Shown in pieces: positions 29,803 to 39,585 of a stretch of DNA of 64,000 nt. The stretch comes from Candidatus Poribacteria bacterium. GTDB lineage: Bacteria > Poribacteria > WGA-4E > GCA-2687025. The stretch is from positions 44,728-108,727 of the forward strand of contig BPJZ01000004.1 in the NCBI GenBank assembly GCA_026004875.1, given 5' to 3'. The first letter of the stretch is position 1, and every line of letters starts with the position of its first letter. A model generated the notes under the pieces. It was given only the letters and a program-made list of their open reading frames with translations, was not told where the DNA came from and searched no databases. Both the position numbers and the translations under genes were made by a program.

Positions 29803-30648
29803 ATGGCGCGACCCTGCGGACTGATCGCCCTGCTGACCGACTTTGGCCTGCGTGACATCTTTGTGGGCGTGATGAAGGGGACGATTCAACGGATCGCTCC
29901 TTCAGTTGAGGTGGTAGACCTCTCCCACGGCGTCCCGCCCCAGAACGTTCAGGTAGGCAGCGTGTTCCTGGAGGCTTCTCTCCGGTATTTTCCGCCGGGG
30001 ACGGTCTTTGTGGCCGTGGTGGACCCTGGGGTTGGAACGGAGCGCCGCGCCGTTGCCGTCCAGGGAGGACAGCATTTTTACGTTGCTCCCGACAACGGCC
30101 TGCTCACCGGCGCGCTCGTCCTGGACCCTCCAACTAAGGCAATCTGCCTCAGCAACGCACGGTATCAACTTCCGCCGGTCGGCGCAACGTTCCACGGTCG
30201 GGACATCTTCGCGCCTGCGGGGGCGTACTTGGCCAGCGGCACCCCGCTGAAGGAGCTCGGCGATCCGATCCGGCCCGAAACGCTTCTTCGACTCCCGGAC
30301 GCCTCCCCCCGGCAGGAAGGCCATCGTTGGATCGGCGCCGTCCTGTTCGCGGACCGCTTTGGAAACCTCATCACCAACGTTCGACGAGAAGCCCTCGACC
30401 GTCCGGTTCGGCGGGTGATCGTTCCCGAGCTAGGCGACTTAGGACCCCCTCGGACCACCTACGGAGAGGCGGAGGTGGGCGCGTTTTTGGCGCTCTGGAA
30501 CAGCTTCGACCGGTTAGAGATCGCTCAGAGGAACGGAAACTGCGCCGCCACGCTCAACTGGCATCCGGAACGGCGTCTGGAAGTAATCATCGAAACGGAG
30601 CCGCCGTTGCCCCCGAACGAACGGAGTAACGCTGCAACCGGGCGATGA
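29803..30648 (+). CDS. SAM hydroxide adenosyltransferase (DUF62 family)
   Basis: LLTDFG, VVDPGVGTERR, APDNG, TFHGRDIFAP and DRFGNLITN; the Asp-Arg-His triad of the hydrolase subgroup is present. Confidence 0.9.
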   Translation: MARPCGLIALLTDFGLRDIFVGVMKGTIQRIAPSVEVVDLSHGVPPQNVQVGSVFLEASLRYFPPGTVFVAVVDPGVGTERRAVAVQGGQHFYVAPDNGLLTGALVLDPPTKAICLSNARYQLPPVGATFHGRDIFAPAGAYLASGTPLKELGDPIRPETLLRLPDASPRQEGHRWIGAVLFADRFGNLITNVRREALDRPVRRVIVPELGDLGPPRTTYGEAEVGAFLALWNSFDRLEIAQRNGNCAATLNWHPERRLEVIIETEPPLPPNERSNAATGR

Positions 30649-31588
30649 TGTGCTCCGGCTCCTGAGCGCCCCGCGCTTGCGTCTGATCGAGCTGAACGAT
30701 CCCCACTCCTGGGGCCAGCCACTTCCGACTGACCGTCGTGTCGATGTGCTGGCCGAAGATCTCCCAGGTGAACCGCTCTTCGACCAGCATCACGTGTTCA
30801 AACCGTCCCGCAGGGGTTTCCAGTGCCGTTTCTTCGAGAACTGCGTACTCCGCAGTTCCGCCCCCTACAGGGAAGCCGTCGGTGGTCAGCGCTTCAAACT
30901 GAACGTTCCAGCTCTTTCCGGGGATCAGCGGAAACCGATACAGCGGGAGCCACGGTTGGAAGAGGATCGTGTCCGCCGAGCCGAAGACCGCGTTGACCGC
31001 GTACTGCTCGACCCACTCGGTGCCGGTCTCCGGATCGCGATATCGATTGACGTAGGCGTAGTTGGCCACCCCTTCGGGGACCTCCGGATCGCTGGTACGG
31101 GTCTCCAGGACAAAGGCGGACCGATCGGTGTGCTCGATCGCGATTCGATCTACGATTCGCATCGTCACGGTGTTTCCGCGTTCGTCCTGAAAGACCCACT
31201 CGTTGCCGATTGCCAGCGGGTAGTAATCTCCCGGCGCGGGCTGCCAGACCAGGACGTCCAGCGAACGCCGGTGAAGGTCCTTTCCGTCGGAGGCGATGCA
31301 GGTAATCCGAAAGGTGCCGGTCTCCGGCGGCGTCTCCCAGCGGACCCCCTCGGCGTCCTGAACAACTCGTCCGGCGGTCGCTTCGAACCGGACGGTCACC
31401 GGATCGCCGTCCACATCAACGACCTGATAGCGCACCTGAGCGATCGAGTTAGGCTCTGGGTTCTCGGGGACGACCGCCAGCACCGAGATGTTGGGGGGAT
31501 GGTTGCCGCCCTCCTTTAGACCGTCCTCGCCACACCCCCAGGCTGTCAGCAAAAGCATTATCCAACAGACCGTTTGGAACCGTCTCAC
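30587..31588 (-). CDS. Hypothetical lipoprotein (Ig/PKD-like domain plus beta-rich domain)
   Basis: Lipobox LTAWGC; NHPP..DVDGD Ig-like module; YYPLAIGNEW and TPAGRF...WLAPGVGIV C-terminal module. Confidence 0.7.
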   Translation of the reverse strand: MRRFQTVCWIMLLLTAWGCGEDGLKEGGNHPPNISVLAVVPENPEPNSIAQVRYQVVDVDGDPVTVRFEATAGRVVQDAEGVRWETPPETGTFRITCIASDGKDLHRRSLDVLVWQPAPGDYYPLAIGNEWVFQDERGNTVTMRIVDRIAIEHTDRSAFVLETRTSDPEVPEGVANYAYVNRYRDPETGTEWVEQYAVNAVFGSADTILFQPWLPLYRFPLIPGKSWNVQFEALTTDGFPVGGGTAEYAVLEETALETPAGRFEHVMLVEERFTWEIFGQHIDTTVSRKWLAPGVGIVQLDQTQARGAQEPEHIIARLQRYSVRSGATAAPFR

Positions 31589-31650
31589 CGCCGACCCTAC
31601 CGTTTCAGCATTGTCCCGTTTCGTTCGCAATAGAGAACGGGGGTCTCCGC

Positions 31651-32616
31651 TCAGATGTTGACCCGCTCTTCCAGTTGATCGTGAATCTCCCGGAGGAGGG
31701 CCAGGGCGATGGATTCGTGTTCTCGGGCCTCTCGGAGCCGGGCAATCGCCGCTGCAACCCGCTCTTGGTCTCCCCATGCCCCTTCCTGCTGAGGGAAGGG
31801 GAACAGCGCGTGAACGGTGGCCAGGTTCTGGGCGACCACGTCGTAATGGCCGGCGGCCTCGTTCAGGAGCGGGCGGAGCGACTCGTTCAATCGGGCCCGG
31901 CACTCGCGAAGGAACTCGGCGGCCATCCGCCGGCATTCGTGCCAGAAGGGGGCATGATAGGAGACCCCAAACGGCTGAGCGGTTCCCTCCTCCAGGGCCG
32001 AGATCCAACGATCAAACCCATCGACTCCCGCCTGACCGATCGCCCCCCACCGAGCCGGGTTGTCGATAAAGCGCAAGGCAAAGGCGATCCCCGCATAGAC
32101 GGCGACCTCTTCGGCGAGCGGCTCGCCGATCTCGACGGCGTTCACCTCTAGCCGACCGGAGGCCCCTTCGCCCAACGTCCGCCACGGCTTGGGGCCGGCT
32201 TGGTAGCCTCCCGCTCCGGAGTAGTAGTAACCCTCTTCGTCGTAGCCGTAAACGACGTAGTACTCGGGGAGCTCCATCTCCCAGGCATAGACTGGAGCGG
32301 CGTTATCAATGGCCATTCGAGCAAGCCTCCAGGCCTCTTCCTGCCGTTTTGGGAAGTCGGGCTCTCCCCGGCGTCCGGCGACCGTGCGGATCGTCGCGCC
32401 CAGATTCTGGGCCAGCGACTTAATCGGCGTCGCGTCCCAGTCGGTTGGAGCGCGGAGCGAGACTCTCCGGTCCACGATCAACAGAAACGCGTGTCCTGTG
32501 ATCCCAAACAACCAGGGATGCGAGACGTTGATTCCTAGAAAACGCAAGCAACCCTGCAGCGCGGCCAGATGGGAAACCCAACCGGCATGACATCGAAGCC
32601 CAACGAGCTGTTTCAC
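31651..32616 (-). CDS. Hypothetical protein (BtrH N-terminal-like)
   Basis: Protein-like composition; 'WLFGITGHAF', 'PEYYVVYGYD' and 'ECRRMAAEFL' pattern. Function unclear. Confidence 0.55.
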   Translation of the reverse strand: MKQLVGLRCHAGWVSHLAALQGCLRFLGINVSHPWLFGITGHAFLLIVDRRVSLRAPTDWDATPIKSLAQNLGATIRTVAGRRGEPDFPKRQEEAWRLARMAIDNAAPVYAWEMELPEYYVVYGYDEEGYYYSGAGGYQAGPKPWRTLGEGASGRLEVNAVEIGEPLAEEVAVYAGIAFALRFIDNPARWGAIGQAGVDGFDRWISALEEGTAQPFGVSYHAPFWHECRRMAAEFLRECRARLNESLRPLLNEAAGHYDVVAQNLATVHALFPFPQQEGAWGDQERVAAAIARLREAREHESIALALLREIHDQLEERVNI

Positions 32617-32720
32617 CGACGCCCCTTTGGCGGTAGGGTGTCTCGCCCTCCTGGAACCTGACATCGGATATGATTGTAACCGAACCACCAACGATCGCGA
32701 GAGAAAAAAGGAGCCCGTTT

Positions 32721-34001
32721 GTGCCTCGGATCGAACCGTTTCGGGGGATTCGTTATGCCGACCGATTGGCCGATCGCCTTGGCCAGCTGATCGCTCCCCC
32801 CTACGACGTCATCTCCCCGCAGCTGCAGGAGGAATTGTACCGGCGGGACCCCTACAACTTTGTCCGGCTAGAACAACCGGACGGTTCGTCGGGTGAGGGG
32901 CGGTACCGTCAGGCTGCCGAGCGGCTCGGCGCTTGGATCAAGGAAGGAATCCTCGTTCAGGAGGAGCGTCCGGCCTTTTATCTTTACGAGCAGGAGTTTC
33001 CGCTTCCTGAAGGGGTGTGGGTACCGGAGCCACGGGCCGGTTATCGGCGTCGGGCGCTTTTTGCCGCAGTGGAGCTGGTTCCTTGGGGGGAGGGGGTTTA
33101 CCCCCACGAACGAACGCTGGCAGCCCCGAAGGCAGACCGGCTCCGGATGATCGAGACGACTCAAGCGAACCTTTCTCCCGTTTTTGGCATCCTGGACGAC
33201 CCTGAAGGTCGGATGGAGGAGCAGCTCCGCCGTCGAGCCGAAGAGACCGCTCCGCTCGTTGAGTTTTCCGATCCTGACGGGGGTCGTCACCGCCTCTGGC
33301 GGATCGAGTCGCCAGAGGAGGTGGCAATGCTCCGATCGGAACTCACCGGTCCCATTGTTGTCGCCGACGGGCACCACCGTTATGAGACGGCTCTCGCTTA
33401 CGCTCAGGCGCACGGATCGCTTTCACCGGAGGATCCCCGGCGGTTTGTGTTGATGGGACTGGTCTCCAGCCGGTCAGACGCGCTGCTCATCCTTCCCATT
33501 CACCGTGTCCTGGGAGGGATCGCCGAACCCCAGGTAGAGCGTCTTCCCTTCCTCTTAGAGGAGATCGCTTCGCTAACCTCCTTTGCTGAGGGGAATCCAG
33601 AACCGGTCCTTGGGGCACTTCGGCGTGCGCCGTCCTCCGCGTGGGCCTTTTATGCGCGCCCGTGGGGATACCTGCTGGCCGTCCTTCGTTCTGGGGAAAA
33701 GGAGGGGGTCGGCCCCGATCGGCTCGAGGTGGTTCAGCTGCACCGGTCCATTCTTCACGGGCTGCTAGGGGTAGACACCGACGACCCCGCCGCTCAGGAG
33801 CGCGTCGTGTATACCGTGCGCGTGGACGAAGCGGTAGAACGGGTTCGCTCGCGAGCCGCCGATCTTGCCGTCTTCCTTCGACCTCTGCGCGTAGCCGACG
33901 TGCTGGAGATCGCCTACGCCGGGGAGACGATGCCTCAGAAGTCCACCTACTTTTATCCGAAGCTTCCCTCCGGGTTGGTCTTTCGGCTGCTTGGGTCGTA
34001 G
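32721..34001 (+). CDS. DUF1015 family protein
   Basis: PFRGIRY, APPYDVI, PHERT, ADGHHRYETA and MPQKSTYFYPKL motifs. Confidence 0.92.
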   Translation: MPRIEPFRGIRYADRLADRLGQLIAPPYDVISPQLQEELYRRDPYNFVRLEQPDGSSGEGRYRQAAERLGAWIKEGILVQEERPAFYLYEQEFPLPEGVWVPEPRAGYRRRALFAAVELVPWGEGVYPHERTLAAPKADRLRMIETTQANLSPVFGILDDPEGRMEEQLRRRAEETAPLVEFSDPDGGRHRLWRIESPEEVAMLRSELTGPIVVADGHHRYETALAYAQAHGSLSPEDPRRFVLMGLVSSRSDALLILPIHRVLGGIAEPQVERLPFLLEEIASLTSFAEGNPEPVLGALRRAPSSAWAFYARPWGYLLAVLRSGEKEGVGPDRLEVVQLHRSILHGLLGVDTDDPAAQERVVYTVRVDEAVERVRSRAADLAVFLRPLRVADVLEIAYAGETMPQKSTYFYPKLPSGLVFRLLGS

Positions 34002-34014
34002 AGGGCGGGAGCGC

Positions 34015-34707
34015 TCAGGGCTTAGCGCGGAGAAGCTGAGCAAACTCCGCGGTTGGAATCGGCGGCGCTGCGGTTCCCTTTCGGACCAGCACCACCGAGT
34101 CGGCCAGCTGACACACCTCATCGGCGCGGTGAGAGACCAAGAGCATCGGGATGCGGAAGGCTTCGCGTACCGCGCGGAGGTAATGAAGGATCCGCTGTCG
34201 TCGCTCCTCGTCGAGGGCGGCGAGTGGTTCGTCCAAAAGGAGCAGCCGAGGCGACATTCGGAGCGCGCGGGCGAGCGCCACCCGCTGCCGCTCCCCGACC
34301 GAGAGCCGATCCGGCATCCGGTCCAACAGCGACCCCAGTTCCAGAACCTCGACCACCGCATCAAAGGGGATCTCTTCGGTCTGCGAGCCCTTCGGCGGTC
34401 GTCCGTATTCGATATTGCGCCGGACGGAGAGGTGAGGGAAAAGAAGCCCCTCCTGGAAGACGTACCCAAAGCGGCGTTGCTCCGGCGGGACCCACCGCGG
34501 CGGTCGGTCGGAGTAGAGCACCTCCTCTCGGCCCCAGCGGATCAGTCCCCGCGTTGGGCGAACGACCCCAGCGATCGCGTTTAGGAGCGTGCTTTTGCCG
34601 CTGCCGGAGGGTCCGAAGATTCCGGTCACCGGATCGCTCAGGCAAAGGTCCACCATCAGCCGAAACTGGGGATAGTGGACCTCGATTTGTACGGTCAGCT
34701 CAAACAT
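34015..34707 (-). CDS. modC: ABC ATPase, ModC-like (no C-terminal TOBE domain)
   Basis: [37 protein letters not shown] and LLDEPL motifs. Confidence 0.7.
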   Translation of the reverse strand: MFELTVQIEVHYPQFRLMVDLCLSDPVTGIFGPSGSGKSTLLNAIAGVVRPTRGLIRWGREEVLYSDRPPRWVPPEQRRFGYVFQEGLLFPHLSVRRNIEYGRPPKGSQTEEIPFDAVVEVLELGSLLDRMPDRLSVGERQRVALARALRMSPRLLLLDEPLAALDEERRQRILHYLRAVREAFRIPMLLVSHRADEVCQLADSVVLVRKGTAAPPIPTAEFAQLLRAKP

Positions 34708-34781
34708 CGAAGAGCCGTCCTCTCCCGCCCTTATTATCGAACGCACGGCCTGAGACTGTCCAGCGTGTGGCTACCCAGGGA

Positions 34782-35519
34782 TCACCCCAGGAGGCGCTCC
34801 AAGAAGGCTCGCGTTCGGGGGTGCTGGGGAGAGCGGAGCATCTCCTTGGGGGCGCCCTCTTCTAGGATGCGCCCGGCGTCCATAAAGATCATCCGGTCGC
34901 CCACCTCAGCGCCAAACCGGATCTCGTGGGTTACGATCAGCATCGTCATGCCTTCCTGGGCGAGCTGCCTCATCACTTCGAGGACCTCCCAGACCAGTTC
35001 GGGGTCCAGCGCCGAGGTGACCTCGTCAAAGAGCATAATCTTCGGGTTCATCGCAAGCGCGCGGGCGATCGCAACCCGTTGTTGCTGTCCGCCGGAGAGC
35101 GTCTCCGGATAGCTATGGAGCTTTTCCGCCAGCCCGACCTTTCGGAGGAGCGTCTCGGCGACCGCTTCGGCCCGTTCCCGGGGGAGCTTGCGCACCAGCC
35201 GGGGCCCCAGGGCGACGTTTTCTAACGCCGTCAAGTGGGGAAAGAGATTAAAGCGCTGGAAGACCATTCCCACTTCGGCGCGGATTCGGTCCAGATTGAT
35301 TCTGGAATCGTCCAACGGGATACCGTCGATCTCGACGTAGCCGGCGTCGGGGATCTCCAGCCGGTTCAGGCAGCGAAGGAGGGTGGACTTTCCCGAGCCG
35401 CTGGGACCGATGATGACCAGCTTCTCCCCTGGAGCCACGTCCAAGTGGATCCCCCGGAGGACCTCCAAGGGGCCGAAAGACTTACGCAGGTTGCGGATGC
35501 GAATGATCGGTGTGGACAA
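34782..35519 (-). CDS. Polar amino acid ABC transporter ATP-binding protein (GlnQ-like)
   Basis: [44 protein letters not shown] and [11 protein letters not shown] motifs. Confidence 0.95.
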   Translation of the reverse strand: MSTPIIRIRNLRKSFGPLEVLRGIHLDVAPGEKLVIIGPSGSGKSTLLRCLNRLEIPDAGYVEIDGIPLDDSRINLDRIRAEVGMVFQRFNLFPHLTALENVALGPRLVRKLPRERAEAVAETLLRKVGLAEKLHSYPETLSGGQQQRVAIARALAMNPKIMLFDEVTSALDPELVWEVLEVMRQLAQEGMTMLIVTHEIRFGAEVGDRMIFMDAGRILEEGAPKEMLRSPQHPRTRAFLERLLG

Positions 35520-36156
35520 CGGTCTTTTGTCCTCGTTCCAGGCGACGAGCTAGGCTGGAGAGCCCCAGCGTCAGGACTAAGTAGATGGCAGCGACCATCG
35601 CCCAGACTTCAAACGTCTCGTAGGTCCGGGCCACCTCCAGCCGCCCCCGCTGGGTCACCTCCGGCAGAGCGATCACCGCCGCGAGCGACGTGTCCTTGAG
35701 CAGCGAGACCGACTCGTTGACCAAGGCCGGCAGTACGTTCCGAACGGCTTGAGGGAGCACCACATGACGCATCGTCTGCCAGGCGGAGAGCCCTAGAGCG
35801 CGCGCGGCTTCGGTTTGACCCGGGTCCACCGATTCGATGCCGGCCCGGAACACCTCCCCGATGAACGCCCCGTAACAGAGTCCAAAGGCGGCTACTGCCG
35901 ACCAGAAGGCACTGACCTGAACCCCTCGACCCACTACTCCCTGGAGTCCAAAAAAGAGAAACAGCAAGAGCACCAAAAGCGGCACGCCCCGGATCAGCTC
36001 AACATAGAGAAAGGCGAACAAGCGCAACGGCCGCCAAGGCGAAAGCCGCATCGTGGCGATCGCCAGTCCCCAGACGATCCCAACCGCAAGCGAACAGACC
36101 AGGAGCGCCAACGTCAGTTGGAGACCGCCCAACAGGTAGATCAGCCGATCCAGCAT
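35482..36156 (-). CDS. Polar amino acid ABC transporter permease
   Basis: [31 protein letters not shown] and LLKDTSL motifs. Confidence 0.93.
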   Translation of the reverse strand: MLDRLIYLLGGLQLTLALLVCSLAVGIVWGLAIATMRLSPWRPLRLFAFLYVELIRGVPLLVLLLFLFFGLQGVVGRGVQVSAFWSAVAAFGLCYGAFIGEVFRAGIESVDPGQTEAARALGLSAWQTMRHVVLPQAVRNVLPALVNESVSLLKDTSLAAVIALPEVTQRGRLEVARTYETFEVWAMVAAIYLVLTLGLSSLARRLERGQKTVVHTDHSHPQPA

Positions 36157-36184
36157 GACGCCGACGCTCCTGAGCGAGAGGAAT

Positions 36185-36895
36185 CTACTCGATCTCGTAG
36201 AGGATCTCGACGGTGACGGTAATATCCACCGTTCCCGGCTCAACGGGCACGGCGGCGTCTGCGGCTCGCTCCAGCCCGAAGACCGGGATCGGCCCGCCCC
36301 CTCCGGTCTCCCGGATGCGGATCGGTTCGCCCAGGGAGATATCGGCCTCTTCGGCGATCTCTTCAGCCTGGGTTCGAGCGTCAGCGATCGCCAGGCGCCG
36401 CGCCTCGGCGACCAGCTCCTCCCGATTGGATACGTCAAAGACGATTCCGTGGATCAGGTTGGCCCCTGCGTCCACAGCGGCCTGAAGCACCTGTCCGACC
36501 TGCGTCACGTCCCGAACGGTTGCCCGCACCGAGTTGGTCACTTGAAACCCGACCAACTGAGGCGGCCCCTCGCGCGGGTACTGCATCTGTGGGGTGACAG
36601 AGAACCGCTCCGTCCGGAGGTCCCCTGGGGCGATTCCCAGCGCCCGGAGGGCGTCCAGGATCGCGCTTACCTTTGCGTTGTTCTCGGCTACCGCCTGCTG
36701 GGCGTCGGCATGGAAGGTCTGAACGCCGACCGAAACGATCGCGATGTCCGGCTGAACGGTGACCTTTCCGGTACCGACCACCAGAAGCCCTTCAGGCTCC
36801 GCCCCGACCACCTCCACCTGGGTGCATCCTAAGGTCCCCAGGAGGAGTCCAAGCCCTAGAAACAGGGCACTGGCAACAAGCGACCTGCGCTTCAT
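36185..36895 (-). CDS. SIMPL (DUF541) domain lipoprotein
   Basis: Lipobox TLGC; VGTGKVTVQPD.A, A..AGAN and AIADAR.QAE.IA motifs. Confidence 0.88.
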   Translation of the reverse strand: MKRRSLVASALFLGLGLLLGTLGCTQVEVVGAEPEGLLVVGTGKVTVQPDIAIVSVGVQTFHADAQQAVAENNAKVSAILDALRALGIAPGDLRTERFSVTPQMQYPREGPPQLVGFQVTNSVRATVRDVTQVGQVLQAAVDAGANLIHGIVFDVSNREELVAEARRLAIADARTQAEEIAEEADISLGEPIRIRETGGGGPIPVFGLERAADAAVPVEPGTVDITVTVEILYEIE

Positions 36896-38511
36896 TCTCC
36901 GCGAACCTTCCTTCCTAACGATCCGCCGGAGTGGTATTTAGCGAACTCCTCCCGTGTAACGTTTTTCGCCTGAGCGAGCATGACGGCCAACGCATCGCCG
37001 ACGGCCAGCTGGGCGGTCGTGCTGGAGGTGGGGGCCAGGCCCAACGGGTCGGCTTCCCGCTCGACGGGGACCAAGAGGGTGACCGCCGCGCGCTGCGCCA
37101 GCGTTGACTCAGCGCGGCCGGTGATGGCGATCACCTGCGTGCCGCTGTTCCGCTGGACCGCCGCGACGGTCTCCAGGAGCTCCGCCGTCTCGCCGGAGTT
37201 GGAGATCGCCACCAGCAGGTCTCCAGGTCGGACAGCGCCGCTGTCGCCGTGGACAGCGTCAAGGGGGTCGAGAAAGTGGGCAGGAATGCCGAAGCTGGCC
37301 AGCGTGGCCGCCAGTTTTTGAGCGATAAAGCGGCACTTGCCAACGCCGGTTGTGTGGATCCGTCCGTTCTGGGCGAGGGCCTTCTGCATCAGCTCACAAG
37401 CGGCGTCGAGCCGCTCTGGAGAGATGAGCGCCTCGACGGCCTCCAGGGCGCTCCGTTCGGCCCGGAGCACCTGCACTCCCAGATGGCGCGAAGCGTCCAC
37501 GGGCGGCGACGGCTCCGGCGGCAGCTCAAAGGGCAACGGTCCGCCGAACAGCCGTTGCACGTCGTCGCGGCTGCGGCCCAGCACAGGGAAGGCCCCGATC
37601 ACCAGGCAACAGGCCCCTCCACAGGCGTTGGCTAGGCGGCCCGTCGTCTCCAGGTCCTCAAGGCCGTGATAGAGCGCTGCGATCAGCCCGCCCAGGAACG
37701 CGTCCCCCGCGCCGGTGGAGTCCACCGCTGCGATCTCCGCCGCGGGGACGCGGCAAGTGCTCCGTCCGTCGGTCAGGACGCTTCCCGCCCGCCCGTCGGT
37801 GATGGCCACCAGCTCACCTCCAAACCGGCGAAGGATCGCCTCGGCCTGCTCTTCAGCGGTTCGAGCCTCGGTCAGTTGAACCGCTGCCGCCTTCGCCGGC
37901 TTGATCACATCGGCCAAACGAATCGCCTCCTCGAGCTGCTGGTAGCTGCCCAGCTTCGCCGTCTCAACGGCGAAGTCCGGCGGAACGTCTACGTCTAGGA
38001 CCGTTCGCACGCCGGCCTCTCGGGCGATTTTGAGCACCTCGATCACCGTGTCGAGGGCGAGCTGAGAGACCTCGGTCGAGACGATCGCCGCGCCCCGGAT
38101 CGCCTCGGCGAAGTCTTGGCGGATATGCTCCGGCCGGGTGGTCGCGCTGGGTCCGCGGAACATATAGATCGCCCGCTCCGCCTCGGGGTCCACGTAGATC
38201 ACCGAAAAACCGGTCGCGGTGTTCTCAAGAACCCGGACGTAGGAGCGATCAATTCCGTAGTGATCCATCGTCGCACGGATGAACAGGCCGTAACGGTCGT
38301 CGCCCTGGTACCCGAACAGCCCGACCGGCACCCCGAGCAGTCCGGCCCAGGAGAGATGGTTGAGCGTTACGCCGCCGACCACCTCCTGAACGACTCGGCC
38401 CGACTCGTCGGGAAGGATGTAGGTCTTCGACTCCGGTCCGGCGATCTGGTTGACTCGGTGGATCACATCCACCACATTGCTACCGATGCCCATGACCCGT
38501 TTGGCGCTCAT
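36892..38511 (-). CDS. PfkB-family sugar kinase fused to a KpsF/GutQ-type SIS sugar-phosphate isomerase domain
   Basis: N-terminus: GG..N, GDD..G, VDSTGAGDAF. C-terminus: TGVGKC..IA.K.AATL.S.G, A.HGD.G, SNSGET, APTSST and HSGGSLG; no CBS domains. Confidence 0.85.
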   Translation of the reverse strand: MSAKRVMGIGSNVVDVIHRVNQIAGPESKTYILPDESGRVVQEVVGGVTLNHLSWAGLLGVPVGLFGYQGDDRYGLFIRATMDHYGIDRSYVRVLENTATGFSVIYVDPEAERAIYMFRGPSATTRPEHIRQDFAEAIRGAAIVSTEVSQLALDTVIEVLKIAREAGVRTVLDVDVPPDFAVETAKLGSYQQLEEAIRLADVIKPAKAAAVQLTEARTAEEQAEAILRRFGGELVAITDGRAGSVLTDGRSTCRVPAAEIAAVDSTGAGDAFLGGLIAALYHGLEDLETTGRLANACGGACCLVIGAFPVLGRSRDDVQRLFGGPLPFELPPEPSPPVDASRHLGVQVLRAERSALEAVEALISPERLDAACELMQKALAQNGRIHTTGVGKCRFIAQKLAATLASFGIPAHFLDPLDAVHGDSGAVRPGDLLVAISNSGETAELLETVAAVQRNSGTQVIAITGRAESTLAQRAAVTLLVPVEREADPLGLAPTSSTTAQLAVGDALAVMLAQAKNVTREEFAKYHSGGSLGRKVRGE

Positions 38512-38529
38512 GGTTCTTCCGTTCCTGGG

Positions 38530-39138
38530 TTATTCGATGACCTGACCCAACTGACCGACGGCGGTCTTGCCGCCCTGGTAGTGGAGATGTCGCTCGGCGA
38601 CGACGACTTGGGTGCTGACAATTTCGACGGTGCCGCGGACGTCGCCGATATGCTGATCGGTGATATCCACCCAGCGGAGCGGGGGGATCACCCTGGAAAG
38701 CTGGCGGAGCACGCGTCCTTCTGCGTTGCGAATGATCATGGAAACGTGTGCTTCCACGTTGTTGATATTCAGGATGCGGAACCAGTCGCGCGCGCCGGCG
38801 GAGAGTTCCGCAAAGAAGAGCCGCTTTCCTGCCGTTTTGTTCTCCGGCGCGGCGCCGGGGAGGTCGATCACTTCGGAGCCCCGGTGCATGTGCCGCTCTG
38901 CAACGATCGGCTGATCGGAGGTGATCTCCAGCCAGGTCATCTCTTTGACCTCCTCGACCGGGGGCACCCAACCTTGAAACGGCTGGACGGTGTTCTCCGC
39001 CGACCAGACGGCCTTCCCTTCGCCGTTGCGCGCCAGGCAGGTCACCCGGGCGGGGGCGTTTCCGACGTTGACGACCTGGATCCAGTCGGCCCAGATGGGC
39101 CCCAGCTCGGCAAAGTACAGCGTCTTGGGCGCGGGCAT
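38530..39138 (-). CDS. Hypothetical protein with two internal ~95 aa beta-sandwich-like repeats
   Basis: Repeats 'YFAEL...DW...N...SDQPIVAERHMH' and 'FFAEL...DW...N...STQVVVAERHLH'. Confidence 0.7.
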   Translation of the reverse strand: MPAPKTLYFAELGPIWADWIQVVNVGNAPARVTCLARNGEGKAVWSAENTVQPFQGWVPPVEEVKEMTWLEITSDQPIVAERHMHRGSEVIDLPGAAPENKTAGKRLFFAELSAGARDWFRILNINNVEAHVSMIIRNAEGRVLRQLSRVIPPLRWVDITDQHIGDVRGTVEIVSTQVVVAERHLHYQGGKTAVGQLGQVIE

Positions 39139-39250
39139 CACCGCGTCTCCTTCACTCCGGGGTTTCGACGTTCTCAACCACCGTAAGAGTAGTGGGCCGC
39201 AGGGAGGCGGTCAAGGCCGGTGTGGGAGGGGCGGCCTCGGGGCGCTCTCC

Positions 39251-39280
39251 TTGACTCTTTTGGCGCTCCTCCGCTACAAT
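39251..39280 (+). promoter_or_regulatory. Sigma70-type promoter upstream of rpmH
   Basis: TTGACT-N18-TACAAT. Confidence 0.6.
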
Positions 39281-39363
39281 CGGCAAGGAACCTGCCGGAG
39301 CGGGCAACTCCCCAGCGTGGGGAAAAGTAGCGCGCAGCACGCGAGATCGAGGGGACATCGACG

Positions 39364-39513
39364 ATGAAGCGTACCTATCAGCCCCACAACCGAAAGCGGA
39401 GAAACAAGCACGGATTTCGCAGCCGAATGGCCACTCGAGGGGGTCGGAAGGTCTTGGCCCGTCGGCGCCGGAAAGGCCGCTATTCGCTCTCCGTCTCCAA
39501 ACCACGTCCTTAG
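39364..39513 (+). CDS. rpmH: 50S ribosomal protein L34 (not in the supplied ORF track)
   Basis: Translates [49 protein letters not shown]; GAGGGG RBS upstream. Confidence 0.97.
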   Translation: MKRTYQPHNRKRRNKHGFRSRMATRGGRKVLARRRRKGRYSLSVSKPRP

Positions 39514-39585
39514 AGATCCGCTGGGATCCACACCCGGTCTTCCTCCGAGCCACAGCCGCTGAGGAGCGCCGGAAAGGAGTGATCT

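Noticed and set aside
29803-30648. SAM-dependent fluorinase/chlorinase
   Set aside because: It retains the Asp-Arg-His triad (VDPGVG..RR, FHGRD) of DUF62 SAM hydrolases and has no biosynthetic cluster context.
39180-39360. oriC next to rpmH
   Set aside because: No DnaA boxes (TTATCCACA), no AT-rich unwinding element and no dnaA gene.
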